Below, piece after piece: positions 28,880 through 38,022 of a stretch of 64,000 bases of DNA. The number at the start of each line of letters is the position of its first letter. The stretch's first letter is position 1. Under the pieces are notes generated by a model, which was not told the origin of the DNA, did not search any database, and was given only the letters and a program-made list of their open reading frames with translations. The position numbers and the translations under genes were made by a program. The stretch comes from a bacterium (GTDB taxonomy: Bacteria; RBG-13-61-14; DATKZS01): positions 256,001 to 320,000 of the forward strand of contig CAXXFL010000002.1 of the NCBI GenBank assembly GCA_963674965.2. Reading direction: 5' to 3'.

Positions 28880-30808
28880 ATGCAAAAGAAGACTTCTCAA
28901 AACAAACGGCCGGCCGAGGTAAGAAAAGGAAAAGTGGAGAAAACGGCGAGGTCTACTCCCGCCGCCGCCTTGACCTATTTGCCCCCGGCATTCCTCGCGT
29001 TTATCGCGCACCGGCGCTCTCTTGGGCTCGGGCTCCTCTCGGACGACTGGGGATTCTGGTCAAAGGCCTCAAGCCTTTGGGACTCGATCGCCGCGATGAG
29101 TACCATGGGCGGCAGGTTCGTAAGGCCGGCGCCCGCGCTTCTATGGTGGCTCGACCGTCTGGTCTGGGACAAGAACGCCGCCGGATTTCATCTGACCAAT
29201 TTGATCCTCCTTTGCCTTTGCGTCATGTCGCTTGTAAGGCTCGCTCGGGAACTTGGCCTTTCGCGCCTGGCCGCGGCGGGGGGGGGCGCGCTTCTGGCGG
29301 TCCATTTCGCGGGGGTCGGGTCGGTCGCGTGGTGCTCGAGTCGCTTCGATCTGGTCTGCCTTTTGTTTTCATTGCTCAGCCTGATTTTTTACGCGAGGGG
29401 CGGGGCGCTCGCGGCCGCCGCTTTATTTTTCGCGGCCCTCCTCGCCAAGGAGATGGCCATCACTCTTCCCGCCGTTTTCATGGCCCTTAGCGCCCGGGAC
29501 TGGGCCGAGGGCAAGAAAAGGCGCGGCCTTTTCGGATTGGGAATCATTGGAACGGCATTAATACTCTACCTTGTTTCCCGCTTCATCCTGCTCGGCGGCG
29601 TGGGAGGTTATCGAGTGGGAGGGGCCTCTCTATCCACGGCCGAGCCGGCCGGCTTTTTACTGAAGACGTGGCTCGTCTACCCCGCGAACAGGCTCATGGC
29701 TTTTTCCATTCCGGCCAGGGTTGTCTGGTCCGCGCTCATCCTCATCGGTCTCGCGTCTCGCGAGACCAGGCGAAAGGTCGCGCTCGCCCTCGCCATGGTC
29801 TGGGTCTCGGCCGTTCCCGTCGTCCCCATTCTTCCTCACGACTCGCCGGTCATGAACGACAGGCTGCTTTTGTTTCCTCTGGCGTGCCTGGCTCTTGCCG
29901 GCGCCTTTTGCGTTCCCTTTTCGGGAAGGATTAAATGGGCGGCATTGATACTGGTCCTCGCGGCCGGCGTCATGTCTTTCATGCCCTCGGGGAAATTATA
30001 TGCCGATTGGCAAAAGGCCTCTCGGTCCTCGGCCGAGCTCATATCCGCCCTCGAGCCGATGATGGCTCATATCTCGCCTGGAGACGGGGTTTACGTCGGC
30101 GGCCTTCCCGGACGAGAGTCGGGCGTGCTGGTATCGGGCGCGGGCCTGGCCGCGGCGCTCGAGGAATATCAGATGAAGGAATTCCCGGGAGCCAAAAGGT
30201 CCGAGCTGGTAATCGAGACGGCCGGCTTTGACGACGACCTGGCCCTGGCGTCGATTCGGGCCGATTCCTTTCAGGTCTACCTGATATGGGACCCGAGCGC
30301 TCGCGGGTTCATTGACGTCTCGGACCGGATAAGGAACGCGCTCGCGAAGAGGGACGAGATCGAGAGGTCCGGATCGGCCATCCAGAAAATGGAACTGGTT
30401 GATGGCGGGAAAACTTGTCTTCTCCAACCGGAAAGGGACATTAAAGGAAGCTGCCCTTCCTTCCAGGCTTTGGGCCCGGACCCGGTCCTCGTCGGTCCGG
30501 CCATGGAAATCTCCGCCTGGGCCGTAAGCCGCGTGACCCTTACGATGAGCGCCCGTCCCATCGAGGGGCGGGGGGGCCTGACGGCCAAAGCGGAGCTTTA
30601 CTGGACGGGAGACTCCTTTCCCGGTTTTTCCGAGTCGGCCAAGATTTCCATTCCCATCGAGATGGACGGGGTGGCGCGGGAATACGAGTTCCCTCTCGAG
30701 GACTCCATCTCCTGGCTTCGAACGGGCAAGGTGACAAGGATAAGGCTCGATCCCGCGGACCGCCCCTCCAGGATCGAGATATGGGGGATGGCCATAGAGC
30801 CGATTTAA
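28880..30808 (+). CDS. Multi-TM GT-C-like glycosyltransferase/membrane protein
   Basis: SDDW, RP, FHLTNL, ALLAKEMA motifs; about 10 TM helices and a C-terminal IRLDP domain. Confidence 0.75.
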   Translation: MQKKTSQNKRPAEVRKGKVEKTARSTPAAALTYLPPAFLAFIAHRRSLGLGLLSDDWGFWSKASSLWDSIAAMSTMGGRFVRPAPALLWWLDRLVWDKNAAGFHLTNLILLCLCVMSLVRLARELGLSRLAAAGGGALLAVHFAGVGSVAWCSSRFDLVCLLFSLLSLIFYARGGALAAAALFFAALLAKEMAITLPAVFMALSARDWAEGKKRRGLFGLGIIGTALILYLVSRFILLGGVGGYRVGGASLSTAEPAGFLLKTWLVYPANRLMAFSIPARVVWSALILIGLASRETRRKVALALAMVWVSAVPVVPILPHDSPVMNDRLLLFPLACLALAGAFCVPFSGRIKWAALILVLAAGVMSFMPSGKLYADWQKASRSSAELISALEPMMAHISPGDGVYVGGLPGRESGVLVSGAGLAAALEEYQMKEFPGAKRSELVIETAGFDDDLALASIRADSFQVYLIWDPSARGFIDVSDRIRNALAKRDEIERSGSAIQKMELVDGGKTCLLQPERDIKGSCPSFQALGPDPVLVGPAMEISAWAVSRVTLTMSARPIEGRGGLTAKAELYWTGDSFPGFSESAKISIPIEMDGVAREYEFPLEDSISWLRTGKVTRIRLDPADRPSRIEIWGMAIEPI

Positions 30809-30851
30809 TCCCCCGAGCCCGAGGCTATTCGCTTGCGGGGCGGGAGGAGGT

Positions 30852-31349
30852 TCATTTCACGCCCAGTTGCAGCGTTTGCATGGACATGTCCTCCAGGTCG
30901 CAGATCACGGCGGTGGCTTTCTTCCTTAAGTAGCCGCAGCATTCTCCGGGGTTGAGAATAATCGCCTGGCCCCGTTTTCTTTGCTCGAGGTCGTGGGTGT
31001 GGCCGTAGATGATGAGGTCGAAGTGTCCCGAGTCGGCCAGGGCGTCGATGAGGACCGGCTCGTGCATGAGGGCTATCCTTCTTCCGCCCAGCTCGAGTAG
31101 AATGGGACCTTTTTTTATTTCTCCCTGAAAGTTGCCCGCCAGCTTGTCCAGCATCAGCCACTCCCCGTCGTTGTTGCCGAAGACGGCCGTGAAGGGCAGG
31201 GCGAACTCCTTGAAGGGCAGGTAACAAAAGGGCGAGACGACGTCGCCCCCATGCAGGACCCGCTCGACGCCGGCCTCCTTGAATCGGGCGAGGGCCTCGC
31301 GGATGGTGGCAAGGTTGTCGTGCGAGTCGGACATGACTCCTATCTTCAT
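30852..31349 (-). CDS. YfcE/MJ0936-family metallophosphoesterase
   Basis: SDSHDN, HGGD, GNND, GHTH, NPG. Confidence 0.92.
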   Translation of the reverse strand: MKIGVMSDSHDNLATIREALARFKEAGVERVLHGGDVVSPFCYLPFKEFALPFTAVFGNNDGEWLMLDKLAGNFQGEIKKGPILLELGGRRIALMHEPVLIDALADSGHFDLIIYGHTHDLEQRKRGQAIILNPGECCGYLRKKATAVICDLEDMSMQTLQLGVK

Positions 31350-31521
31350 GGGCGGCCTCCTTGTAAAGGGCGGTTTCACGGGAATTATAACGGCGCGCCG
31401 CCAAACCTTCAACCGCGCTGATTTCATCGCGGCCCGGCGGGTCCGGCGCTTTTGTCCGGGTTGTTTTCCAGGCGGGTTGAAGATTATAATTAGTCCAAAT
31501 CACAAAGTCGGAGGACCTTTG

Positions 31522-33591
31522 ATGCGACGGAATGGATTTTCGCGTTTTATTCCCGGCCGGCCCGCGGCGGCCATCCTGCTGGCGGCGTCGTTTTTTCTCG
31601 TTCACTGCGAGAGGACCAGGGAACTTGAGATAACCTCGGTGACTCCCGCCGAGCAGTTCGTCGGCGACCCGGTCATGGTCGAGGTCTCGGGCCACGCCTT
31701 CGACGCCAAGGCCAGGGTCTGGTTCGGGCTGGTCGAGGCCAGGCAGTCGATCGTGGTCGGTCCCGACAAAATAATTGCCCTTCCCCCCCGCCAGGTTTTC
31801 GCGGGCCCTTGCGACGTGAAGGTCCAGAACCCCGACGGCAAATCGGCCCTCTCCAAGGCGGCCATCAAGTTCGAGAGCCGTCTGGCCGTTACCTCCGCCG
31901 AGCCGTCCTTCAAGCCCCTTAAGCTGGAGGGCCTGTCCGCCCGCCTCATCGGACAGAACTTCATGGAGGGGGCCAGGGTGTTTTTCGGCCAGGCGGAAAG
32001 CCAGGGCGTCGAGTATAAAAGCCCGAGTCTCCTTTCGGCCCCCGTGCCGGAGCTCGAGAAGGGCATGTACGACCTCAAGGTCGTCAACCCCGACGGGTCC
32101 GAGGCCTTCCTGTACGACGGCTTCCAGGTGATCGACGACGCGGCTAAAACGCCGATCCAGGCCATGGAAGAGAAGGCCAAGGCCTACGGGGTCGAGGGTG
32201 GCGGAGTGGACATGGCCGACAGCGGGGCCGCATTCGCCGACGTGAACCGGGACGGGTACATGGATCTTCTGGTTATCTCGCAGTCCAGCGATTATCTCTT
32301 CCTTGGCTCCAAGAGCGGCTCCTTTAAAAGGCTGGAGGCGGAGTCGGGCCTTTTGCAGGGCAAACTGAGCTATGGCGGATACTTCGGGGATTACGACAAC
32401 GACGGCCTGCCCGACCTTTTTATCACCGGCCAGCCCGGCCGCCTTTATCACAACGAGGGTGCAGGCAAGTTCAAGGAAGTAACCGAGGCCATGGGCTTCA
32501 ACCCGCCCCCCAAGGTCTGGGCGGCGGCGTGGGCCGACTTCGACCGCGACGGCCGGCTGGACATTTTCCTGGGCCATACCAAGGGCGACGATATGCTGTA
32601 TAAAAACAAGGGAGACTCCTTCGAGCTGTTCGCGCCCGAGACTTTCCAAAAGGACACGAGCTATGACAATCCTCAGCCGACGGTCTTCTCGGCGGCCTGG
32701 GGCGACTACGACAAGGACGGGTTTATCGACCTTTTCGTGGGCATCAGGGGCCAGCCCTCCATCATTTTCAAGAACGAGGGCGGGTCGAGTTTCAAGAGCG
32801 TGGCGACCGAGCTCGGCATCGACTTCGTCGTCCAGGAGAGCGCCGGGAACAAGACCTACAAGCCCGACTTCGGCGTGTCCTGGGCCGACTACGACAACGA
32901 CGGCTGGCTTGACATATTTTCCGCCTCCGGCATAGGCGGCGCCGATCTTTACAAGAACAGGGAGGGCAAGGGCTTTATCAACGCCACGAGGGGAACTCGG
33001 GTTTCCTTCTCCCAAAGCACCATATCCGAGGGGTGGGGAGACTTTGACAACGACGGATTTCAGGACCTGGCCGTTTCGGACAACCTCACCAACGTCAGGG
33101 TTTACCGGAACGGGGGCGACGGTTCCTTTTTGGACGTCAGCCGGGAACTCGGCATAGCCGATACCAACACGGCGCCCTTCGCCTGCGTCTGGGCGGACGT
33201 GAACGACGATGGGGCGCTTGATCTTTACGTGACCGAGTTTCAGACCGCCAACCGCCTTTACGTGAACAAGGTATATCCGGGCCGTCATTACCTCAAGGTG
33301 AAACTGGAGGGCAAAAAGGACAACTCGACCGCCGTGGGCGCCATGGTGACGGTCCAGGCCGGCGGCCACACCATGACGAGGCAGGTAAGCGGCGGGGAAG
33401 GTTACTCGAGTCAGCCTCCCCCCTGGCTCCATTTCGGGCTGGGAGAGGCGGCCAAGGCCGACAAGGTCACGGTGCTTTGGCCATCGGGAGGAAAAACCAC
33501 GCTCGAGCAAGTCCCGGCCGACCAGACCCTGACCGTAATCCAGGAGGACGCGGACGAGACTTTGGAAGTTCCCCCGGAGAACGAGAAATAA
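31522..33591 (+). CDS. CRTAC1-like protein: two IPT/TIG domains + FG-GAP repeats + ASPIC/UnbV
   Basis: VKVQNPDG/VVNPDG, repeated DYDNDGxxD, LHFGLG...VLWPSG. Confidence 0.88.
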   Translation: MRRNGFSRFIPGRPAAAILLAASFFLVHCERTRELEITSVTPAEQFVGDPVMVEVSGHAFDAKARVWFGLVEARQSIVVGPDKIIALPPRQVFAGPCDVKVQNPDGKSALSKAAIKFESRLAVTSAEPSFKPLKLEGLSARLIGQNFMEGARVFFGQAESQGVEYKSPSLLSAPVPELEKGMYDLKVVNPDGSEAFLYDGFQVIDDAAKTPIQAMEEKAKAYGVEGGGVDMADSGAAFADVNRDGYMDLLVISQSSDYLFLGSKSGSFKRLEAESGLLQGKLSYGGYFGDYDNDGLPDLFITGQPGRLYHNEGAGKFKEVTEAMGFNPPPKVWAAAWADFDRDGRLDIFLGHTKGDDMLYKNKGDSFELFAPETFQKDTSYDNPQPTVFSAAWGDYDKDGFIDLFVGIRGQPSIIFKNEGGSSFKSVATELGIDFVVQESAGNKTYKPDFGVSWADYDNDGWLDIFSASGIGGADLYKNREGKGFINATRGTRVSFSQSTISEGWGDFDNDGFQDLAVSDNLTNVRVYRNGGDGSFLDVSRELGIADTNTAPFACVWADVNDDGALDLYVTEFQTANRLYVNKVYPGRHYLKVKLEGKKDNSTAVGAMVTVQAGGHTMTRQVSGGEGYSSQPPPWLHFGLGEAAKADKVTVLWPSGGKTTLEQVPADQTLTVIQEDADETLEVPPENEK

Positions 33592-33657
33592 TCGACCATG
33601 AATAATACGCGCCAAACGCGGGACGAGTGAAATCGGACTTTTCAGGGAGATGACCGG

Positions 33658-33942
33658 ATGCATAAATGCGCCTTTTGCGGAACCGAGCTCGATATCGCCG
33701 ACAAGGTGATGAGGTCCGACGTCTGTCCCCAATGCGGGCGGGACCTTCGCGCCTGCGTCCAGTGCCGCTTTTACGACCCCGGCTATCACAACCAGTGCCG
33801 CGAGACGCGCTCGGAGACGGTGAGGGACAGGGACAAGGCCAATCTTTGCGGTTATTTCGAGATGAAAAAAGGCGGCAAAAAAGCGGGAGAAGACGCGGCG
33901 GAAAAGGCCCGGGCCGAGCTTGAAAAGTTATTCAAAAAGTAA
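33658..33942 (+). CDS. Small Cys-rich (zinc-ribbon-like) protein
   Basis: CAFC, CPQC, CVQC, ANLCGYF; SD GGGAG. Confidence 0.8.
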   Translation: MHKCAFCGTELDIADKVMRSDVCPQCGRDLRACVQCRFYDPGYHNQCRETRSETVRDRDKANLCGYFEMKKGGKKAGEDAAEKARAELEKLFKK

Positions 33943-34096
33943 TAATTAGGGACCGGGTGCAAGGGCCGCCGACGCTTTCGCCGAGACCCTGGCGAAGCTC
34001 TCGGGTTCACTTGACAAGATTTTAGCCGGCGTGCTAAATTGACGAGACTCAGGCGAGAGACAATGTAGAAGTTCGGTACTTTCCAAGGAGGAGAAG

Positions 34097-35143
34097 ATGA
34101 AGGGAACGTGGAAACTTGCGGCGTTTATTTCGGCCGCGATTTTATCGGTCGGTATATCGTCCTGCATTACGGACAACAGCGACGACGCCTTCAGGCTGGC
34201 GGCCCGCACCGTGGAGTGGCTCGCCCGTCAGATCGACGCCCAGCTTGGCGAGGTGGTGGTGGACGACGCAACTCCGCTTTGCGACCCGGGCGGGGTAAAC
34301 GCGGGCGCGAACCTTGGCGATCACTGCAAGAACCAGTTGAAGGGCAGCCTTGGTCCAGGCACGGTAACCGACTACGTTAGGGTGGTTAACGAGGAAGTCC
34401 TTTTTGGCAACACTCCCTTTTTCGAGAAAGGCTTCGTGCCCCAGGGTAACCCCTGCACCATAGACGAAAACGGCAACGACCTTCTCGACTACGCCGAGTT
34501 TTCGGCCAACTGCGGCGCCGGCTCCTTGAGTTGTCAGACCCTGGACGACAACAAGTGGCGGCTCACCTATAATAACTGCGAGTGGGACGACGGGGGCGAA
34601 ACCTGGGAGTTGGACGGCGGGGTTGATATCACCGTCTACCTGACCAACGAGGACGAGCAGGTCGTTTCCATGGACTATAACGACTTCTCCGGCGTTATCG
34701 TTTCCTCCAACGACGAGTACTTCGTGGTCAACGGCGCGATGTCGAGCTACCTGGTCCTCAATCCCTTCACCGGCGAGGGCGCGGAGGGAACGACCGGCTG
34801 CGGCCTTGACGGAATGATGGTCGGCGACATATCCGTCCAGGTGGACTCCGACGGGCTCGGCGCGACGGTGGGCGAGGTAAGCTACGACCTGTTCATCGCC
34901 AAGGACAACGAGGACGGGTTCGTCTTCCTGTCCGGATCGAGCAACGCGACCTGGGTAAGCCAGATAATGGGCGACGACAACCCCGTGTTCTTCTACAAGG
35001 GGAAGCCCTATAACAACCTGATAGCCAGCGGATGCGACGTAACGCTCAACGTGGATATGGCCAACCGCCTGTACGACATGACCGTCAATACGCCCGGCAA
35101 CTGCCCGAGCAATATCGTTGACGGCGTGAACCTGTCCTGGTAA
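34097..35143 (+). CDS. Hypothetical lipoprotein
   Basis: Strong SD AGGAGG, signal peptide with ISSC lipobox, Cys/Asp-rich. Confidence 0.8.
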   Translation: MKGTWKLAAFISAAILSVGISSCITDNSDDAFRLAARTVEWLARQIDAQLGEVVVDDATPLCDPGGVNAGANLGDHCKNQLKGSLGPGTVTDYVRVVNEEVLFGNTPFFEKGFVPQGNPCTIDENGNDLLDYAEFSANCGAGSLSCQTLDDNKWRLTYNNCEWDDGGETWELDGGVDITVYLTNEDEQVVSMDYNDFSGVIVSSNDEYFVVNGAMSSYLVLNPFTGEGAEGTTGCGLDGMMVGDISVQVDSDGLGATVGEVSYDLFIAKDNEDGFVFLSGSSNATWVSQIMGDDNPVFFYKGKPYNNLIASGCDVTLNVDMANRLYDMTVNTPGNCPSNIVDGVNLSW

Positions 35144-35169
35144 TTACAATCTCGCGACGGGATGAGCCG

Positions 35170-35198
35170 AGGGGAGAAGCGATTTTCGTTTCTCCCCT
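35170..35198 (+). terminator. Hairpin/terminator after the lipoprotein gene
   Basis: AGGGGAGAAGCGA-TTT-TCGTTTCTCCCCT. Confidence 0.6.
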
Positions 35199-35283
35199 TG
35201 ACGCTTTTTAGGGAAAAGGCGCCGATAAGGTTTCCTTATTAATTCGGATTGACCTTGCCCGCGACCGGAGTTATTATTTGACC

Positions 35284-35451
35284 ATGTCCAGGGAAGAGAT
35301 CAAATGCGAAAGGTGCGGCGGAGCGCTTGACGAGGAAACGGGCCTTTGCCCCGATTGCGACGAGCCCGCCCCCAGGTGGATGGTATACCTGGTTTACGCC
35401 CTGGCGGCCATGTTCGTCCTGGGTCTTTTATACCGTCTCATCTGGCCCTGA
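35284..35451 (+). CDS. 55-aa zinc-ribbon membrane protein (below the ORF-track cutoff)
   Basis: Hand translation MSREEIKCERCGGALDEETGLCPDCDEPAPRWMVYLVYALAAMFVLGLLYRLIWP. Confidence 0.7.
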   Translation: MSREEIKCERCGGALDEETGLCPDCDEPAPRWMVYLVYALAAMFVLGLLYRLIWP

Positions 35452-35507
35452 TCCGGCCGGCGGCTTCATGCTCCCAATGTTCGTATAAAAAGCCGAAGAG
35501 GTTATTA

Positions 35508-36125
35508 ATGGCCAACGTCGATTTATACCTTGACAAGGTGGACCTGGGAAAGTATTGCGACGAAAAGTGCCGCGAGTCCTGCGGCATTGAAAACCTCGAG
35601 GAACTGGCCGAGCGAATAAGGAAGGGAGAATTGGACAATGAGTCCTGCCTCCACTGGACCCCGCGAAGGCTCGAGGCCTTCAGGATTGCCGTCTCGGCGG
35701 AAGACATCGTGCCGCCCGTTCCCATGCTCGATATGCCAAGGCCGGTCGAGACGGGCATGCTCGAGATGAACGGCCCCGTCAAGGACTCTCCGGTGCTAAT
35801 AACGGGCAACTCCGAGTTCACCCAGTCGGTCATGCTGGTTATCGTCAGTTTGACCACGAGTCCCCTCCGGCTTCTCACCGTGGACTGCAAGGGCCACACC
35901 GTGGACATGGCCATTATCTTCAAGGAGTTCCGGCCCGACGTCATCGCCCGGGCCCTCGTGGAAAACGGCGCGTCGCCCAGTCCAAACACCCGCGTCATCC
36001 TGCCGGGACTGGCCGAGTCCATCGCCCCCGACCTGGAAAAGGAATACGGCGGACCCGTCGAGATAGGGCCGGTGTGCGCCGCCGAGCTTCCCCTTTACCT
36101 GGGCGACTACTGGGTCCCGGCTTGA
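35508..36125 (+). CDS. AcsC/CdhE-HgcA-like corrinoid-binding-domain protein with Cys-rich N-terminus
   Basis: SPVLITGN, LLTVDCKG, VILPGLA, GPVCAAELP; N-terminal C-x3-C-x3-C...C. Confidence 0.75.
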   Translation: MANVDLYLDKVDLGKYCDEKCRESCGIENLEELAERIRKGELDNESCLHWTPRRLEAFRIAVSAEDIVPPVPMLDMPRPVETGMLEMNGPVKDSPVLITGNSEFTQSVMLVIVSLTTSPLRLLTVDCKGHTVDMAIIFKEFRPDVIARALVENGASPSPNTRVILPGLAESIAPDLEKEYGGPVEIGPVCAAELPLYLGDYWVPA

Positions 36126-36143
36126 CGAATCCAAAACGTCCGG

Positions 36144-37823
36144 TTACTCCTCGCTTGCCGGGTCTTCTTTTACGCTTCCCTTGAAAATAAAACCGGCCGC
36201 CTCGGCCGCTATCCAGACGGACAGGACCATAAGTATGAAGCTTATGATTACCAGGAGCCATTCGCCGGCTTTATAGAAGTTGATCAGGTTAAGGACCGTG
36301 GCCCAAAAGGTGATAACGAACATAAGCAGCATGGGGACCGCCGTGTAGATAATGCTCTTTCCCTTTTTAGCCAGATAGACCGTTACCACCAGAAGGCCCA
36401 GGGCGGCCAGGAGTTGGTTGCTGGCGCCGAAGAGCTTCCATAAAATGAGCCCTCCCTTGCCTCCCTCCTGGGCCATGGCCAGGGCGGCGGCGGAAAGCAC
36501 CGCCAGCATGGTGGGCGGATGAACGCCCGTCAGTGGCTTTAGCTTCACGGCCCCGGCGAACTCCCCGATCACGTATCTTTGCAGCCTGGTGGCGGTGTCA
36601 AGGGTGGTGCCGGCGAATGAGGCGATGAAGACTCCCATGATGGGGACGCTGAACTTGGGGGGTATTCCCAGTGAGGCGAGCATGTTGGAGGAACCGGTCA
36701 CGAAGGCCCCCAATTTAGCGGCCAGCCCCGAGGCGGCCGACCAGTTGGAGTAATGGCTGGTCCAGGCCTGGGCGTCCCCGATGCCGGCGGACACGGCTAT
36801 TAGCACGAGCACGGCCAGGGCCCCCTCCAACAACATGCCGCCGTAGCCGATCGAGAGGGCGTGGCTCTCGCGGTCGAGCTGCTTGGACGTGGTGCCCGAT
36901 CCCACCAGGGAATGGAAGCCCGAGATGGCGCCGCAGGCTATGGTGATGAATAAAAAGGGAAGCATGGGAGGCGCGCCCTCCGGGGATGCGTTTAAAGCGG
37001 GGGCTGAAATGACCGGATGAAGCAGGACGGCCCCCAGCGCAAGCAGCGCCAGGATCACGTAAAGCTCGTGGCCGTTTATATAGTCGCGCGGCTGGAGAAG
37101 GCGCCACACCGGCAGCACCGAGGCCGCGTAGGCGTACGCGAGCAGGATGATTACCCATAAGGTGAGAGGCTGGAGACCCAGGACGGGCCCTAGCTCGACG
37201 GGAAAATAAACCCCCACCCCGATGAACAGATAAAGCAGCGCCAGGGCGACAAGACTCATGGGAAGAGGGGGAAGCCCTTTTTTGTATATGGCCCATCCCA
37301 GCGCCATGGCGATGGGTATCTCCGACCATATGGGGATCACCGACTGCGGATATAGGTTGAAGAGGATGGCGATGATCATGGCGAAGATGGCGATCACGAT
37401 GAGAAGCAAAAGAGCGATCACCGCCAGGAATATCAGCCTCACCCTCGGGTTGATCACCTCGCCCGCCAGGTCGCCGATGGACTGGCCCTTGTGGCGGGCC
37501 GATACGATGATGGCCCCCAAGTCGTGGACCGCCCCCATGAAGATGGCGCCCAGGAACACCCATAGAAACGCCGGGACCCAGCCCCAGATAATGCCGATGG
37601 CCGGACCCACGATCGGGCCGGTGCCGGCGATCGAGGTGTAGTGGTGGCCGAAAAGGACGGGCTTGTCCGCCGGCATGAAGTCAACGTCGTCCCGCCGCTC
37701 GTGGGCCGGGGTCTCCCGGGAGTCGTCCAGATTGAATACGCGACGGCTGAGGAAGCGGCCGTAAAAACGGTAGGCGAGAAGGTAACCTATAAAGGCCAGG
37801 GCCGCGAGAAAAAGTGAGTTCAT
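36144..37823 (-). CDS. cstA: Carbon starvation protein A (peptide/pyruvate transporter)
   Basis: GHHYTSIAGTGPIVGP, LLQPRDY, TIACGAISGFHSL, TTLDTATR, FGASNQLLA. Confidence 0.95.
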   Translation of the reverse strand: MNSLFLAALAFIGYLLAYRFYGRFLSRRVFNLDDSRETPAHERRDDVDFMPADKPVLFGHHYTSIAGTGPIVGPAIGIIWGWVPAFLWVFLGAIFMGAVHDLGAIIVSARHKGQSIGDLAGEVINPRVRLIFLAVIALLLLIVIAIFAMIIAILFNLYPQSVIPIWSEIPIAMALGWAIYKKGLPPLPMSLVALALLYLFIGVGVYFPVELGPVLGLQPLTLWVIILLAYAYAASVLPVWRLLQPRDYINGHELYVILALLALGAVLLHPVISAPALNASPEGAPPMLPFLFITIACGAISGFHSLVGSGTTSKQLDRESHALSIGYGGMLLEGALAVLVLIAVSAGIGDAQAWTSHYSNWSAASGLAAKLGAFVTGSSNMLASLGIPPKFSVPIMGVFIASFAGTTLDTATRLQRYVIGEFAGAVKLKPLTGVHPPTMLAVLSAAALAMAQEGGKGGLILWKLFGASNQLLAALGLLVVTVYLAKKGKSIIYTAVPMLLMFVITFWATVLNLINFYKAGEWLLVIISFILMVLSVWIAAEAAGFIFKGSVKEDPASEE

Positions 37824-37951
37824 ATTTCCCCCCCAAAATTCACAAGTCCAGTTTGCATCATCGCGGGCAAAATTTCTACCCCGCGAGATTTGCGATACCA
37901 CGCCGATCGGGGGGACGATGAAGGAAGCGCGGGAAATAACCCGTATTAACG

Positions 37952-37980
37952 TTGACATATGAAGGCGCGGCGTCTAGGAT
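37952..37980 (+). promoter_or_regulatory. Sigma70-like promoter
   Basis: TTGACA-17 nt-TAGGAT. Confidence 0.6.
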
Positions 37981-38022
37981 AATCTGGCCCGCCTCGGGCG
38001 TGGGGACATGCTGGGAGGAAAG

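Noticed and set aside
30805-33789. 994-aa minus-strand ORF, and similar long ORFs such as 1763-2965, 42157-43302, 55449-56783 and 61573-62892
   Set aside because: These are antisense shadows of well-supported genes in GC-rich DNA and have no recognisable motifs.
35508-36125. hgcA mercury methylase
   Set aside because: It lacks the N(V/I)WCA cap helix, the TM domain and a downstream hgcB.
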